A DNA stretch of 64,000 bases from a virus (taxonomy: Duplodnaviria; Caudoviricetes), in the IMG/VR virus record IMGVR_UViG_3300025924_000024, positions 1,707-65,706 of that record. The stretch is one strand, 5' to 3'. A program made the position numbers and the translations under genes. Positions 1-8,306 of the stretch are shown here, piece after piece. A model generated the notes under the pieces. It did not search any database. It was not told the DNA's origin and was given only the letters and a program-made list of their open reading frames with translations. Positions within the stretch are counted from its first letter, which is position 1, and each line of letters opens with the position of its first letter.

Positions 1-1
1 C

Positions 2-316
2 CACCGGCTTGCAAAAAAGGGCGTCGAGATCCGCACGCGCGCGCCGGCGACGCCGCGTGTCAGGGCGCCAAGGCCACCGCGGCTGCCAAAGATCAAGCCG
101 GAGCCCCGGCAGATTGAGGCGCCGCTGGACCCGGAGTTCGCGGTCAGAGTGATCGAGGCCCGCGACGGTCACTGCTGCTGGCCATTCGGCGACCCTCAGC
201 TCGACGAATTCCGATATTGCGGACGGCCAAGATTCGAGGGACACCCCTACTGCGAAGGTCACTGCCGGGACGCCTATCAACCGCGTCAACCGCGCCGGGC
301 CAAGGAGGACGCATGA
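2..316 (+). CDS. gcrA: GcrA-family cell-cycle regulator, C-terminal part (5'-truncated by window)
   Basis: Manual translation of frame 2: Pro/Arg-rich linker, then HCCWPFGDPQLDEFRYCGRPRFEGHPYCEGHCRDAYQP, matching the GcrA C-terminal CxWPxGDP...CG...PYC..H...AYQ pattern. The stop overlaps the next ATG (ATGA, 313-316). Not in the ORF track. Confidence 0.8.
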   Translation, partial: HRLAKKGVEIRTRAPATPRVRAPRPPRLPKIKPEPRQIEAPLDPEFAVRVIEARDGHCCWPFGDPQLDEFRYCGRPRFEGHPYCEGHCRDAYQPRQPRRAKEDA

Positions 317-1479
317 CATATCCCCGCGTGCTCAGCGAAGACGAGACGCTCGATCAGGCCATCGCAGGCAAATGTCTCGCTCGGTATGGTGATGGTGAGC
401 TGAGCCTCGCGCTGGGCGGCGACTGCATCTTTCAGGTCCGCAACGCGGTGCTCGCAAACGAACTCCGAAAAATACTGCTCAGGCCGCGCCCGAACTTGCT
501 GGTGTGCATCCCCAATTGCGAGGCCGAGACCAAGCCCAGCTGGCGCCGGTACGCCGGCGAAACCTACACCCGCCTTTACGACCCGGCGCTGACCTATGGG
601 AGCGCGTTTGTCAGCCGGCCGGACTCGGCCCCGTGGATTGACCGGCCGGACTATTGGGAAAAGCTGACCGGGATCTGGAGGGGCAAGGACGTCACGCTGG
701 TCGCCGGCACCGACGTCTCGCTCAGAGCGGCCGAACTCGGCGCGGCGAGCGTGCGGCTGGTCAAGGGCCCGGGTGAGAACGCGTGGGCCGAGATCGATCG
801 AATCGACGAGGAGATCGGAACCCCGGCCGGGCCGGTGCTGCTCTGTCTTGGGCCGGCGGCGACCGTGCTCGCCTGGCGGCTTTCGCGCCGCAGCGTCCAC
901 GGCCTCGATATGGGGCACGTCGGGCTCTATCTGAGGCACACAGGCGCATACGCCATCGGGCTTGATGACGTGGCGTCGCCCGAATACCGGGCGCTCCTGA
1001 GGGCCGTGCATGCCCGGGAGACATGGGGCGAGCACGGGGCCTCTCACGCGCTGATCGTCTCGGCTTGGGCCCGTGATCTCAATGCGCGGTCGGTTTTGGA
1101 CTATGGCTGCGGGACGGCGACGCTGCCGAGCGCGCTCCACGCCCGGAACGCGGCGCTCAAGGTCCAGATTTATGACCCGGGCCGCGGTCAGACGCACTGG
1201 CCTCCGAAGCCGGCGGATCTGATCGTAGCAACCGACGTCCTCGAACACGTCGAGCCTGACAAGATCAGGACCGTGCTGCGCCACATTTTCCTGCTTGCCG
1301 TGAAGGGCGCCTTCTTCTCGATCTCATGCGAGCCCGCGAAAGAGAGGCTGCCCGACGGCCGCAATGCTCACATTTGCCTTCTCACCCCAGAAGCTTGGCT
1401 GAGCCTGATCGCCGAACTCCCTTGGACAATCGAAAAGACAGACCGCAAAAAGGGAGTTCGGGTGTGGATCAGAAAATAA
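313..1479 (+). CDS. GT-D fold (DUF1792-like) glycosyltransferase fused to a class I SAM methyltransferase
   Basis: N-half LARYGDGE...LLVCIP...VLLCLGPAATVLA...LDMGH; C-half VLDYGCG...DLIVATDVLEH. Likely start is ATG 313 after AGGAGG, not 217. Confidence 0.75.
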   Translation: MTYPRVLSEDETLDQAIAGKCLARYGDGELSLALGGDCIFQVRNAVLANELRKILLRPRPNLLVCIPNCEAETKPSWRRYAGETYTRLYDPALTYGSAFVSRPDSAPWIDRPDYWEKLTGIWRGKDVTLVAGTDVSLRAAELGAASVRLVKGPGENAWAEIDRIDEEIGTPAGPVLLCLGPAATVLAWRLSRRSVHGLDMGHVGLYLRHTGAYAIGLDDVASPEYRALLRAVHARETWGEHGASHALIVSAWARDLNARSVLDYGCGTATLPSALHARNAALKVQIYDPGRGQTHWPPKPADLIVATDVLEHVEPDKIRTVLRHIFLLAVKGAFFSISCEPAKERLPDGRNAHICLLTPEAWLSLIAELPWTIEKTDRKKGVRVWIRK

Positions 1480-2132
1480 GATTTCGCCCCGACTTCGACG
1501 CGTGGTGGCCCAACTATGACCACGCGCCGGAGACCTGTTTCAAGTTCGTGCAGCGCGGGCTTCCCGACGCCGATATCGCCGCGCGGCTGTGCCAGCGCCG
1601 GCGCGTCTGCATTCAGGCCGGCGCGCATGCCGGATTCTGGCCGCGGCGCCTGGCTGGTCATTTCACAACGGTCTACGCGTTCGAGCCCGAGCCCACGCTG
1701 TTCGAGTGCGCGCGGGCCAACCTGAGGCGCTGGCGCGTCAAGAACGTCGACCTGAGGCCGGACGCACTCGGCGATCAGGCCGGCACGGCAGTGCTGCGCG
1801 CACACCGCTCGGCCGGCAGCTGGGCGATTGCGCCGGGCCTGTCGTGGGACAGCGGCCTTACCGACGAGACGGCCGACGTTGAAGTGAAAGTGACGACGAT
1901 CGATGCGCTGGGGCTCCCGGTCGTCGACGCCATCTATCTCGACGTCGAGGGCTTCGAGACGACGGCGCTGACCGGCGCCGCGCGCACGATCGCTCGATCA
2001 CGGCCGATCATCCATCTCGAGGAATTGCCGGACAGCGCGGCGGCAATCGAGATTCACATGGCGGCGCTGCACTATGTCCGCGCGGCCGTTGCGCACAAGG
2101 ACGTGATTTTCAAACCGAGGGAGAGGTCATGA
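1464..2132 (+). CDS. FkbM-family SAM methyltransferase
   Basis: IQAGAHAG, VYAFEPEP, TIDALGLPVVDAIYLDVEGFE motifs. GTG start at 1464 after GGGAG. Confidence 0.75.
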   Translation: MDQKIRFRPDFDAWWPNYDHAPETCFKFVQRGLPDADIAARLCQRRRVCIQAGAHAGFWPRRLAGHFTTVYAFEPEPTLFECARANLRRWRVKNVDLRPDALGDQAGTAVLRAHRSAGSWAIAPGLSWDSGLTDETADVEVKVTTIDALGLPVVDAIYLDVEGFETTALTGAARTIARSRPIIHLEELPDSAAAIEIHMAALHYVRAAVAHKDVIFKPRERS

Positions 2133-2794
2133 GCGACGACAACGAGATCGAATTCGAGCCCGTCATCACCGAGCGGGCGTTTCCGTTTTTGCGCGTCCAG
2201 CAGGGCCGCATTGAGGCGCTGGCCGATGACCCTGCGGCGTGGCGCGAGGCTTACCGGCTGCAGCTGCTCGAGACGCTCGAAGCGATAGACGATTTCATCC
2301 CGCGCCCGCTGACCTCGGTCCTCGATATCGGCGGCGGGATGGGCGGCTTCGACGCGCTGCTCGCGAGGTGCCAACCGGGCTTGCGCATCACCATCATGGA
2401 CGGGTTTTCTGACAAACCCGTGCCCGAGCGCGACAAGGCGTTTTCGCAGAAGACATACTCTGACGCTGATGCGGCGCTCGATTTTCTCAACGCGAACAAC
2501 GTGCCGACCGACGACGTATCCTTCATCAACGCGAACGCGCCGGAGGCGAAGCCGACTCGGCAGTTCGACCTGATCTTGTCGCTGCAGGCGTGGTGTTTCC
2601 ATTTTATGCCTGCGGTCTACATGAAGTTCGCGCTCGCGGCTTCGCGCCCGGGGACGGTCTGGATTCTCGACGTCCGCGTCATGACCAAGTTCTGGGCGTC
2701 AGACCTGTTCTCGCAAGAGCGCCTCGAGCCCATCGGCGAGGCTCCCGGCTTCAACGACAAGTACACGCGCATGGCGTTTCGGGTGATCGCGTGA
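2129..2794 (+). CDS. Class I SAM-dependent methyltransferase
   Basis: VLDIGGGMGG motif I and FDLILSLQAWCFH; ATGA-coupled to the previous gene. Confidence 0.7.
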   Translation: MSDDNEIEFEPVITERAFPFLRVQQGRIEALADDPAAWREAYRLQLLETLEAIDDFIPRPLTSVLDIGGGMGGFDALLARCQPGLRITIMDGFSDKPVPERDKAFSQKTYSDADAALDFLNANNVPTDDVSFINANAPEAKPTRQFDLILSLQAWCFHFMPAVYMKFALAASRPGTVWILDVRVMTKFWASDLFSQERLEPIGEAPGFNDKYTRMAFRVIA

Positions 2795-3420
2795 TCGAGG
2801 TCGTCAGCGTGATCGGCGGCGGCTGGTCGCTGGGCATGCTGAGCCCTGAGGAGCGCGAGCGAATCCCGGGACACCGCATCGGCGTCAATGACAGCTTCTT
2901 GCACCTCGGCTGCGACGAGGGCGTGACCATGGACCGGCTCTGGACCGAAAACCGGTGGCGCGAGTGTGAACTGATCGCCCGGCCGCTTTCGGTGCGCGAC
3001 ACCGCGCTGCGCAATATCAAGGCCCAGCCGCTCTGGCTGACCGCGTTCGCCTGTGACCACGACACTGATCGAATGAGCGACATTCGCGGCACATATAACG
3101 GCCGCAACTCAGGCGCCTGCGCGATCAACGTGGCCTTTCAGATGAAGCCGCGGTTCATCATCCTGTGGGGCTTCGACATGTGCCGGTCGCCGAAGGGCGA
3201 GCCGTATTGGTATCCGGTTTACCCGTGGTCTCGCTGCCGGGAAGGCAACACGCCACCGCGCGTCTATCAGGACTGGAGCGCGGGCTTTCGCATCATCGCG
3301 GCGCAGTGCGCGGAGGCGGGAATCTCGGTCATCAACGCCAGCCCGGTCAGCGCGATCACCACCATTACAAAGGTCGACCCATGCAAGCTGCTCATGCCAA
3401 CGACGTCACGCTCTGCCTGA
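2791..3420 (+). CDS. DUF115/MptE-like or GT29-like Rossmann protein (putative glycan-modifying enzyme)
   Basis: VIGGGWSL, IGVND, NSGACAINVAFQM...IILWGFDM pattern typical of this group. GTG start in a GTGA overlap. Confidence 0.5.
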   Translation: MIEVVSVIGGGWSLGMLSPEERERIPGHRIGVNDSFLHLGCDEGVTMDRLWTENRWRECELIARPLSVRDTALRNIKAQPLWLTAFACDHDTDRMSDIRGTYNGRNSGACAINVAFQMKPRFIILWGFDMCRSPKGEPYWYPVYPWSRCREGNTPPRVYQDWSAGFRIIAAQCAEAGISVINASPVSAITTITKVDPCKLLMPTTSRSA

Positions 3421-4133
3421 GCTATTACGAAAACCCCGAAGTGCTGGCGCTGCAGTACGAGCGGCTCAGAGATCTCCCGGCCATCCTCAAGGAGCACATT
3501 CGGGTGATCGTCGTCGACGACGGCACGGCCGCGCCGGCGCACTCATCATTGCCCGGGCCAGGCGCCAAGACCGGGCCATTCACTCCGGCGTTCAAAGAAA
3601 AGCTGTTCGGCGTCGATCTCAGGCTGCTGGCAATGGACGTCGACGTGCGTTGGAATCAGGATGCCTGCCGCAATCTCGCGGTCTCGCAGGCCGAGACGAA
3701 GTGGCTGCTCCTGACCGACATCGACCATTTGATTCCGGCCGCGACCTGGCGATCGATAATCACGCAGCGCCTGTCATGGAAGAAGGTCTATACCTTTGAG
3801 CGCAAGACTGGCCCGGGCCTCTCGGTGCGCAACCCGCATCCCAACACCTGGCTGCTGACGCGCGACACCTTCGAAGCGGCCGGCGGCTACGACGAGCGCT
3901 TCGCCGGGTATTACGGGACCGATGGCGATTTTCGCGACAGGCTCAGGCGCGTCGCGGTGATCGAGCAGCTGCCGCTGGTGATTCACGAGGTCACGCCTGA
4001 CATGGTGTCGGACTGCCGGACGCGCCGCTATGAGCGAAAAACGCACGATGACAGGGTGACGATTCCTGAGATCAAAAAACGGCGTGGCAACGCGCCGACC
4101 GTCCGCAACCGCTTTCCATGGCATGAGGTCTGA
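3381..4133 (+). CDS. GT-A fold glycosyltransferase (GT2-like)
   Basis: IVVDDG, RNLAV...WLLLTDID (DxD), GGYDERFAGYYGTDGDF. Start ATG 3381. Confidence 0.8.
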   Translation: MQAAHANDVTLCLSYYENPEVLALQYERLRDLPAILKEHIRVIVVDDGTAAPAHSSLPGPGAKTGPFTPAFKEKLFGVDLRLLAMDVDVRWNQDACRNLAVSQAETKWLLLTDIDHLIPAATWRSIITQRLSWKKVYTFERKTGPGLSVRNPHPNTWLLTRDTFEAAGGYDERFAGYYGTDGDFRDRLRRVAVIEQLPLVIHEVTPDMVSDCRTRRYERKTHDDRVTIPEIKKRRGNAPTVRNRFPWHEV

Positions 4134-4134
4134 A

Positions 4135-4494
4135 ATGGCTTTGAGCAGCACGCACACGTTCGCCGAGATGCAGATATCCGGTAAAGCCTATGACGAGATC
4201 CGCGCTAAGCTTGAGGACGCGGGTTACGGCCACGCCCTCCTGCCCATGGAGGGAGGGGTCACACTCGACATGCATGGCATCGGCCTGACGCGCGCGCCTG
4301 AGCCCGTCGGATTCGTGAAGTCCGAGTGCAAGCTGAGCGACGCCGACGTCGCTGAGATCCGGCGCAGCATCGCCGAGGGGCTGATCGGGCCGCAAAACTG
4401 CGGTCGGCCTGTGATCTTGGAATCGGGTGCCCGGGTGATCTTCGAAGCGGCTGCGCCAAAGTCGCTCGAAATGGTGGAGGTCTGGCCGTGCTGA
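4135..4494 (+). CDS. Hypothetical protein
   Basis: Fills the gap between GT2 and HNH in operon orientation; start ATG 4135. Confidence 0.5.
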   Translation: MALSSTHTFAEMQISGKAYDEIRAKLEDAGYGHALLPMEGGVTLDMHGIGLTRAPEPVGFVKSECKLSDADVAEIRRSIAEGLIGPQNCGRPVILESGARVIFEAAAPKSLEMVEVWPC

Positions 4495-4997
4495 CCGTCG
4501 AGGAGCGTAAGGAGCGCCGCAAAATCAAAGCGCGAAAATACGTTGCCGACTATCGCCGCCGACACCCCGAGAGGCTGTGGGACGTCACTCACCCGGAACG
4601 GGCATCGGAGATCCGCAAGAACGCACCATCAAACACAAAGGCGGCGCGGGCCGAGAGGATGCGAAATTGGCGGCGAAACAATCCAGAACGGAACGCAGCG
4701 ACCGCACTGAAAGGACGTCCGGTCAGGCTAAAGGCGCTCAGAGATTGGCGGCAACGAAACAAAGAAAAAATGCGGGCAGCGTGCGCGGCCTACGATGCCT
4801 TAAAAAAACGCGCGCTTCCCGCGTGGGCTGACCGCAGCGCGATAGAAAAAATCTACCTTGAATGCCCACCCGGAATGGAAGTCGATCACGTCATCCCGCT
4901 GCGCGGCAAGCTGGTGTGCGGTCTGCATGTGCCCGAGAACCTTCAATATCTGACGCCTGCGGAAAACAGGAGCAAGGGCAATAAATGGCACCCTTAA
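4488..4997 (+). CDS. Free-standing HNH endonuclease (homing type)
   Basis: Basic repetitive N-terminus and VDHVIPLRG...[22 protein letters not shown]; visibly more A-rich than its neighbours. Confidence 0.8.
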   Translation: MLTVEERKERRKIKARKYVADYRRRHPERLWDVTHPERASEIRKNAPSNTKAARAERMRNWRRNNPERNAATALKGRPVRLKALRDWRQRNKEKMRAACAAYDALKKRALPAWADRSAIEKIYLECPPGMEVDHVIPLRGKLVCGLHVPENLQYLTPAENRSKGNKWHP

Positions 4998-5713
4998 CAA
5001 TCGTTACGTTCCTGTGGCGCCCGAAGAAGCACTACCGATCGAGCTACACGACGGAGCACGTCGACATTCTCCGGCGCATGGTCCGGCGGCACTACAAAAA
5101 GCCGCACCGCTTCGTGCTGGTAACCGATGACCCGACCGGGCTGACCGAGCGCGATATCGAGTGCTTTGAGCTGTGGTCGGATTTCAGCGAAATGGTCAAC
5201 CCGAGCGGCGGCAACAATCCCAGCTGCTATCGGCGCCTGCGCCTGTTCGCGCCTGAGCCCGGCGCGTTCCTCGGCGAGCGTTTCGTCTGTGTGGATCTGG
5301 ACACGGTCATCACCGGAAACCTCGCGCCGCTCTGGGACCGCGAGGAGGACTTCGTCATCTGGAAGTCGCCGGGCGGCGGCAATCACCGCAACCCCTACTG
5401 CGGGTCCATGTTCATGCTCACCGCCGGCGCGCGGCCTCAGGTGTGGATGGATTTCGACCCTCACCGCTCGCCCGTCCTGACGACCGCCCACGGTCTCTTC
5501 GGCAGCGATCAAGCGTGGATTGCCTACCGCCTCGGCCCTGAGGAGGCGACGTGGAGCGAGGCCGACGGCGTCTACAGCTACCGCTCGCAGGTCCAGATGA
5601 AACACAGGGGCGTGCTGCCGCGCGGGGCAAAGATCGTTTTCTTTCACGGCAAGCCCGACCCCGAGGACCCTGAGCCGCAGCGCCTGCAATGGGTGCGGCA
5701 AAACTATCGCTGA
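4985..5713 (+). CDS. GT-A fold glycosyltransferase (GT8-like phage family)
   Basis: [21 protein letters not shown] (DxD), [17 protein letters not shown]. Confidence 0.7.
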   Translation: MAPLTIVTFLWRPKKHYRSSYTTEHVDILRRMVRRHYKKPHRFVLVTDDPTGLTERDIECFELWSDFSEMVNPSGGNNPSCYRRLRLFAPEPGAFLGERFVCVDLDTVITGNLAPLWDREEDFVIWKSPGGGNHRNPYCGSMFMLTAGARPQVWMDFDPHRSPVLTTAHGLFGSDQAWIAYRLGPEEATWSEADGVYSYRSQVQMKHRGVLPRGAKIVFFHGKPDPEDPEPQRLQWVRQNYR

Positions 5714-5728
5714 GCTATAACCCGGGCC

Positions 5729-6115
5729 ATGGGACTCAGCGCCGGCGAATTGGACAGACGAATCGAGGTCGAGATCGGCACGCCCGGCCAGGACGCGGCC
5801 GGCGACGTCGTGCCGGATTGGTCGTTGCTCGAAAAGCGCTGGGCGAAGAAGCGCGAGGGCGTCGGCCGCGAGTTCATGGGCTCCCAGCAGGTCATCCGTG
5901 ACGCCGACACAACGTTCACCCTGCGCTACGACACCGCCAGCCGGGCCTATGCCCCGGAGACGCACCGATTCGTGTACCGCAGCGTGATCTTTGAGATCGT
6001 GGCCATCGCTGAGGTCACCGACGGCCGCTTCAACGGTCTGTCGTTTCTGTGCTGCTCGAGGCCGGACGCTGGCGGCGCGCGCGGCCGTGACACCACGTCG
6101 GATGGCTCGCCGTGA
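5729..6115 (+). CDS. Head closure / head-tail adaptor (SPP1 gp16-like)
   Basis: AGELDRRIEV...W...E...TTFTLRY...RFVY...FEI pattern; first neck gene. Confidence 0.75.
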   Translation: MGLSAGELDRRIEVEIGTPGQDAAGDVVPDWSLLEKRWAKKREGVGREFMGSQQVIRDADTTFTLRYDTASRAYAPETHRFVYRSVIFEIVAIAEVTDGRFNGLSFLCCSRPDAGGARGRDTTSDGSP

Positions 6116-6741
6116 CGACCTACGGCGCCGCAAATCAGCTGGCGCTGCAGCGCTTTCAACAGCTGGGCGGCTCGCGCGCCGCGTTCGCCAAAGCGAGCAA
6201 GGGCGGCAAGCTGATCGCCATGCAATGGGAGGGCGCCTCAGATCTCGAGCAGGCGCTGCGCGGCCTCGGAACTGACCAGAACATCCGCCGCGTCCTCAAG
6301 CGTGCGGCGATCGCCGCCATGGAGCCCGTCGCGAAAGACGCCCGGGCGCACGCGCCGAGATCTCGCGGGCCGGTCAAGACGCGCTCGGGCCGCAGCATCG
6401 ACCCCGGGACCTATGCCGAGTCCATCGACGTGGGCGTCACGCTGAGCCGCCGGCAAAAGGGTACCAGCCAGGTCAAGCCGGCCGGCCCCGACACCGCGGT
6501 CGCCTTTGTCGGGCCGAAGCCAAACGGGCCCGGCGTGCTCGAGGAATTCGGCACCGCTCAGCGTCACTGGCACAGCGGGAAATCGACCGGCTTTGCTCCG
6601 GCTCACCCGCACATGCGGCCGGCGTGGGAGAACAACAAGTTCGGCGTCCTTGATTTGCTCGGGAAAATGCTCTGGGTTGAGATCGAGGCGACCGCGAAAC
6701 GGCTGGCGCGGCGTCAGGCGAAACTGCTGGCGAAAAAATGA
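6112..6741 (+). CDS. HK97 gp10-like neck protein
   Basis: G...EFGT...PAHPHMRPAWE motif and synteny. Confidence 0.75.
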   Translation: MTTYGAANQLALQRFQQLGGSRAAFAKASKGGKLIAMQWEGASDLEQALRGLGTDQNIRRVLKRAAIAAMEPVAKDARAHAPRSRGPVKTRSGRSIDPGTYAESIDVGVTLSRRQKGTSQVKPAGPDTAVAFVGPKPNGPGVLEEFGTAQRHWHSGKSTGFAPAHPHMRPAWENNKFGVLDLLGKMLWVEIEATAKRLARRQAKLLAKK

Positions 6742-7157
6742 TCGTCGAAACCCTCGTCGAGGACATCCTCAAGCAGGAGCCTGAGATCAACGGCCCGGTC
6801 GGCGGCCGGATCTTTCCGCGCCAATTGCCCGACGCGACCGCGTACCCGGCTATCGTCGTGACCAAGGTCTCGGGCAATCCGTTCTATCAGAACGGCCAGG
6901 AGGCCGGAGTTTCGACCGCGCGCGTGCAGGTCGATTGCTACGACGACCGCGGCTACGCGGCGGCGGTCAGGCTCGAGAAGGCGGTGCGCGGGAAACTGAG
7001 CGCCCTTAAGAATTTCAACCAGTCGGGCGCGGCCTGCACGATTGACAGTATCCGGTGCATTAATGATACGGATATGGGCGAGCCGGGAACGGAACGTGCT
7101 GGCCCGAGGTTGCGCCGGCGCATGCTCGAGTTCGCTGTTTTCTACAAGGAGCTTTGA
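6738..7157 (+). CDS. Tail terminator (DUF3168-like)
   Basis: GGRIFP...P...YPAIV...RVQVDCY pattern and synteny. Confidence 0.75.
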   Translation: MIVETLVEDILKQEPEINGPVGGRIFPRQLPDATAYPAIVVTKVSGNPFYQNGQEAGVSTARVQVDCYDDRGYAAAVRLEKAVRGKLSALKNFNQSGAACTIDSIRCINDTDMGEPGTERAGPRLRRRMLEFAVFYKEL

Positions 7158-7163
7158 CCCGCC

Positions 7164-7631
7164 ATGTCAAACCAAGACGCCCACACTGGTTTCGGCGCGC
7201 TATTGCAGCGCGGCGATGGCCAGTCGCCGGAGAACTTCATCACCATGATGGGTGTCAAGTCCATCAACGGGCCGAACATGACCCGGGACACCCATGAGAC
7301 CTCAACGCAGGCTCAGGACTCGAACTTCAAAACCTACATCGGCGGCATGGCCGACGGTGGCGAGGTTTCGTTCGAGGCCAACTTCCTCCCGCGCGACGAC
7401 ACGCAAGGCCAGGAGACCGGCTTCCTGTCGGAGTTCGATCAGACCTCATGCGACTCCTTGCGGAACTGGCGAATCGTGTTGCCGGAATGCGCCGGCGAGA
7501 GCGAGGGCTACTTCGAGTTCAACGGCGTCGTGACGGCCGCGTCGCCGACGTTTCCCATGGACGACATCATGGGGATGAACGGCACGATCAAGGTCAGCGG
7601 GCGCCCGACGCTCGTGTTGCTGACGGGTTGA
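7164..7631 (+). CDS. Major tail tube protein
   Basis: DTHETST...FKTYIGGMADGGEVSFEANF...F.G.VT...GTIKVSGRP, as in lambda gpV/TP901-1-type tubes. Confidence 0.8.
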   Translation: MSNQDAHTGFGALLQRGDGQSPENFITMMGVKSINGPNMTRDTHETSTQAQDSNFKTYIGGMADGGEVSFEANFLPRDDTQGQETGFLSEFDQTSCDSLRNWRIVLPECAGESEGYFEFNGVVTAASPTFPMDDIMGMNGTIKVSGRPTLVLLTG

Positions 7632-7635
7632 GCCG

Positions 7636-7995
7636 ATGACGAAACTCCAGAGCGCCGTTAGAACCTACGAAGTCGACATCAACGGCGCCGAGGAGACCTT
7701 CCACCTCGCGCTCAATTACGCGGCGATGACCGCGCTTTGCGACGAGTGGAAGATCGACATTAACGCGCTGGACACGGCGCTCGATAAACTCGACCCAACC
7801 AAGGTCCCGGACGTCATCTACGCGGCAATGAAGGGCTACGACCCCGACGCCACGAAGGAGCGCTCCGTCAAATTCTGCCGGGCGCTCAGCGTGCCGGACC
7901 TCATCCGCGTCTGCCACGAACTGATAAGTGGCGCGCAGCCGGCGTCGGAGGACGGCGCCAAGGGCCCTCGCGCGCGGCCAGGCTCTACAGCCTAG
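7636..7995 (+). CDS. Tail assembly chaperone (gpG analogue)
   Basis: Lies between the tube and tape measure genes. Confidence 0.65.
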   Translation: MTKLQSAVRTYEVDINGAEETFHLALNYAAMTALCDEWKIDINALDTALDKLDPTKVPDVIYAAMKGYDPDATKERSVKFCRALSVPDLIRVCHELISGAQPASEDGAKGPRARPGSTA

Positions 7996-8306
7996 ACGAA
8001 CTGCTGGCCGAGGCCGCGGCCATTGGAATCAAGCCTCATGAATTCTGGCGCTACACACCGCGCGAGCTCTTCGCGGCGTTCAAGGGCGCGTCGATCGCTG
8101 CCGTTCGTGACAGGCAGCGGGCGCTCTGGCAGGCGTGGTCGATGGCAAATTTCCAGCGCGCCAAAAAGCTGCCACCGATCATGCCGCTCCTTCGCCAACT
8201 TGAGGCGAAGCGTGATATGACCCCGCAGGAATTGCGGACGTCGATCATCGGCATGGCCCACGCGATGGGCGCACAGGTGATCCACAAGAAGAAGGGCGAC
8301 CCCTAA
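7962..8306 (+). CDS. Tail assembly chaperone extension (gpT analogue), expressed by -1 frameshift
   Basis: -1 frame is open from 7962: ...LDELLAEAAAIGIKPHEFWRYTPRELFAAFKG...KKKGDP*. Slippery G GGC CCT at 7962-7968; TAATG overlap with the tape measure start. Confidence 0.65.
   Translation, partial: GPSRAARLYSLDELLAEAAAIGIKPHEFWRYTPRELFAAFKGASIAAVRDRQRALWQAWSMANFQRAKKLPPIMPLLRQLEAKRDMTPQELRTSIIGMAHAMGAQVIHKKKGDP

Noticed and set aside
4488-4997. Group I intron around the HNH gene
   Set aside because: Flanking genes look complete and overlap the HNH directly, leaving no room for an intron core.
313-5713. Reading the GT cluster as host O-antigen conversion
   Set aside because: No membrane GtrA/GtrB-type or multi-TM transferases, and the genes are coupled into the late operon; kept only as a lesser alternative.
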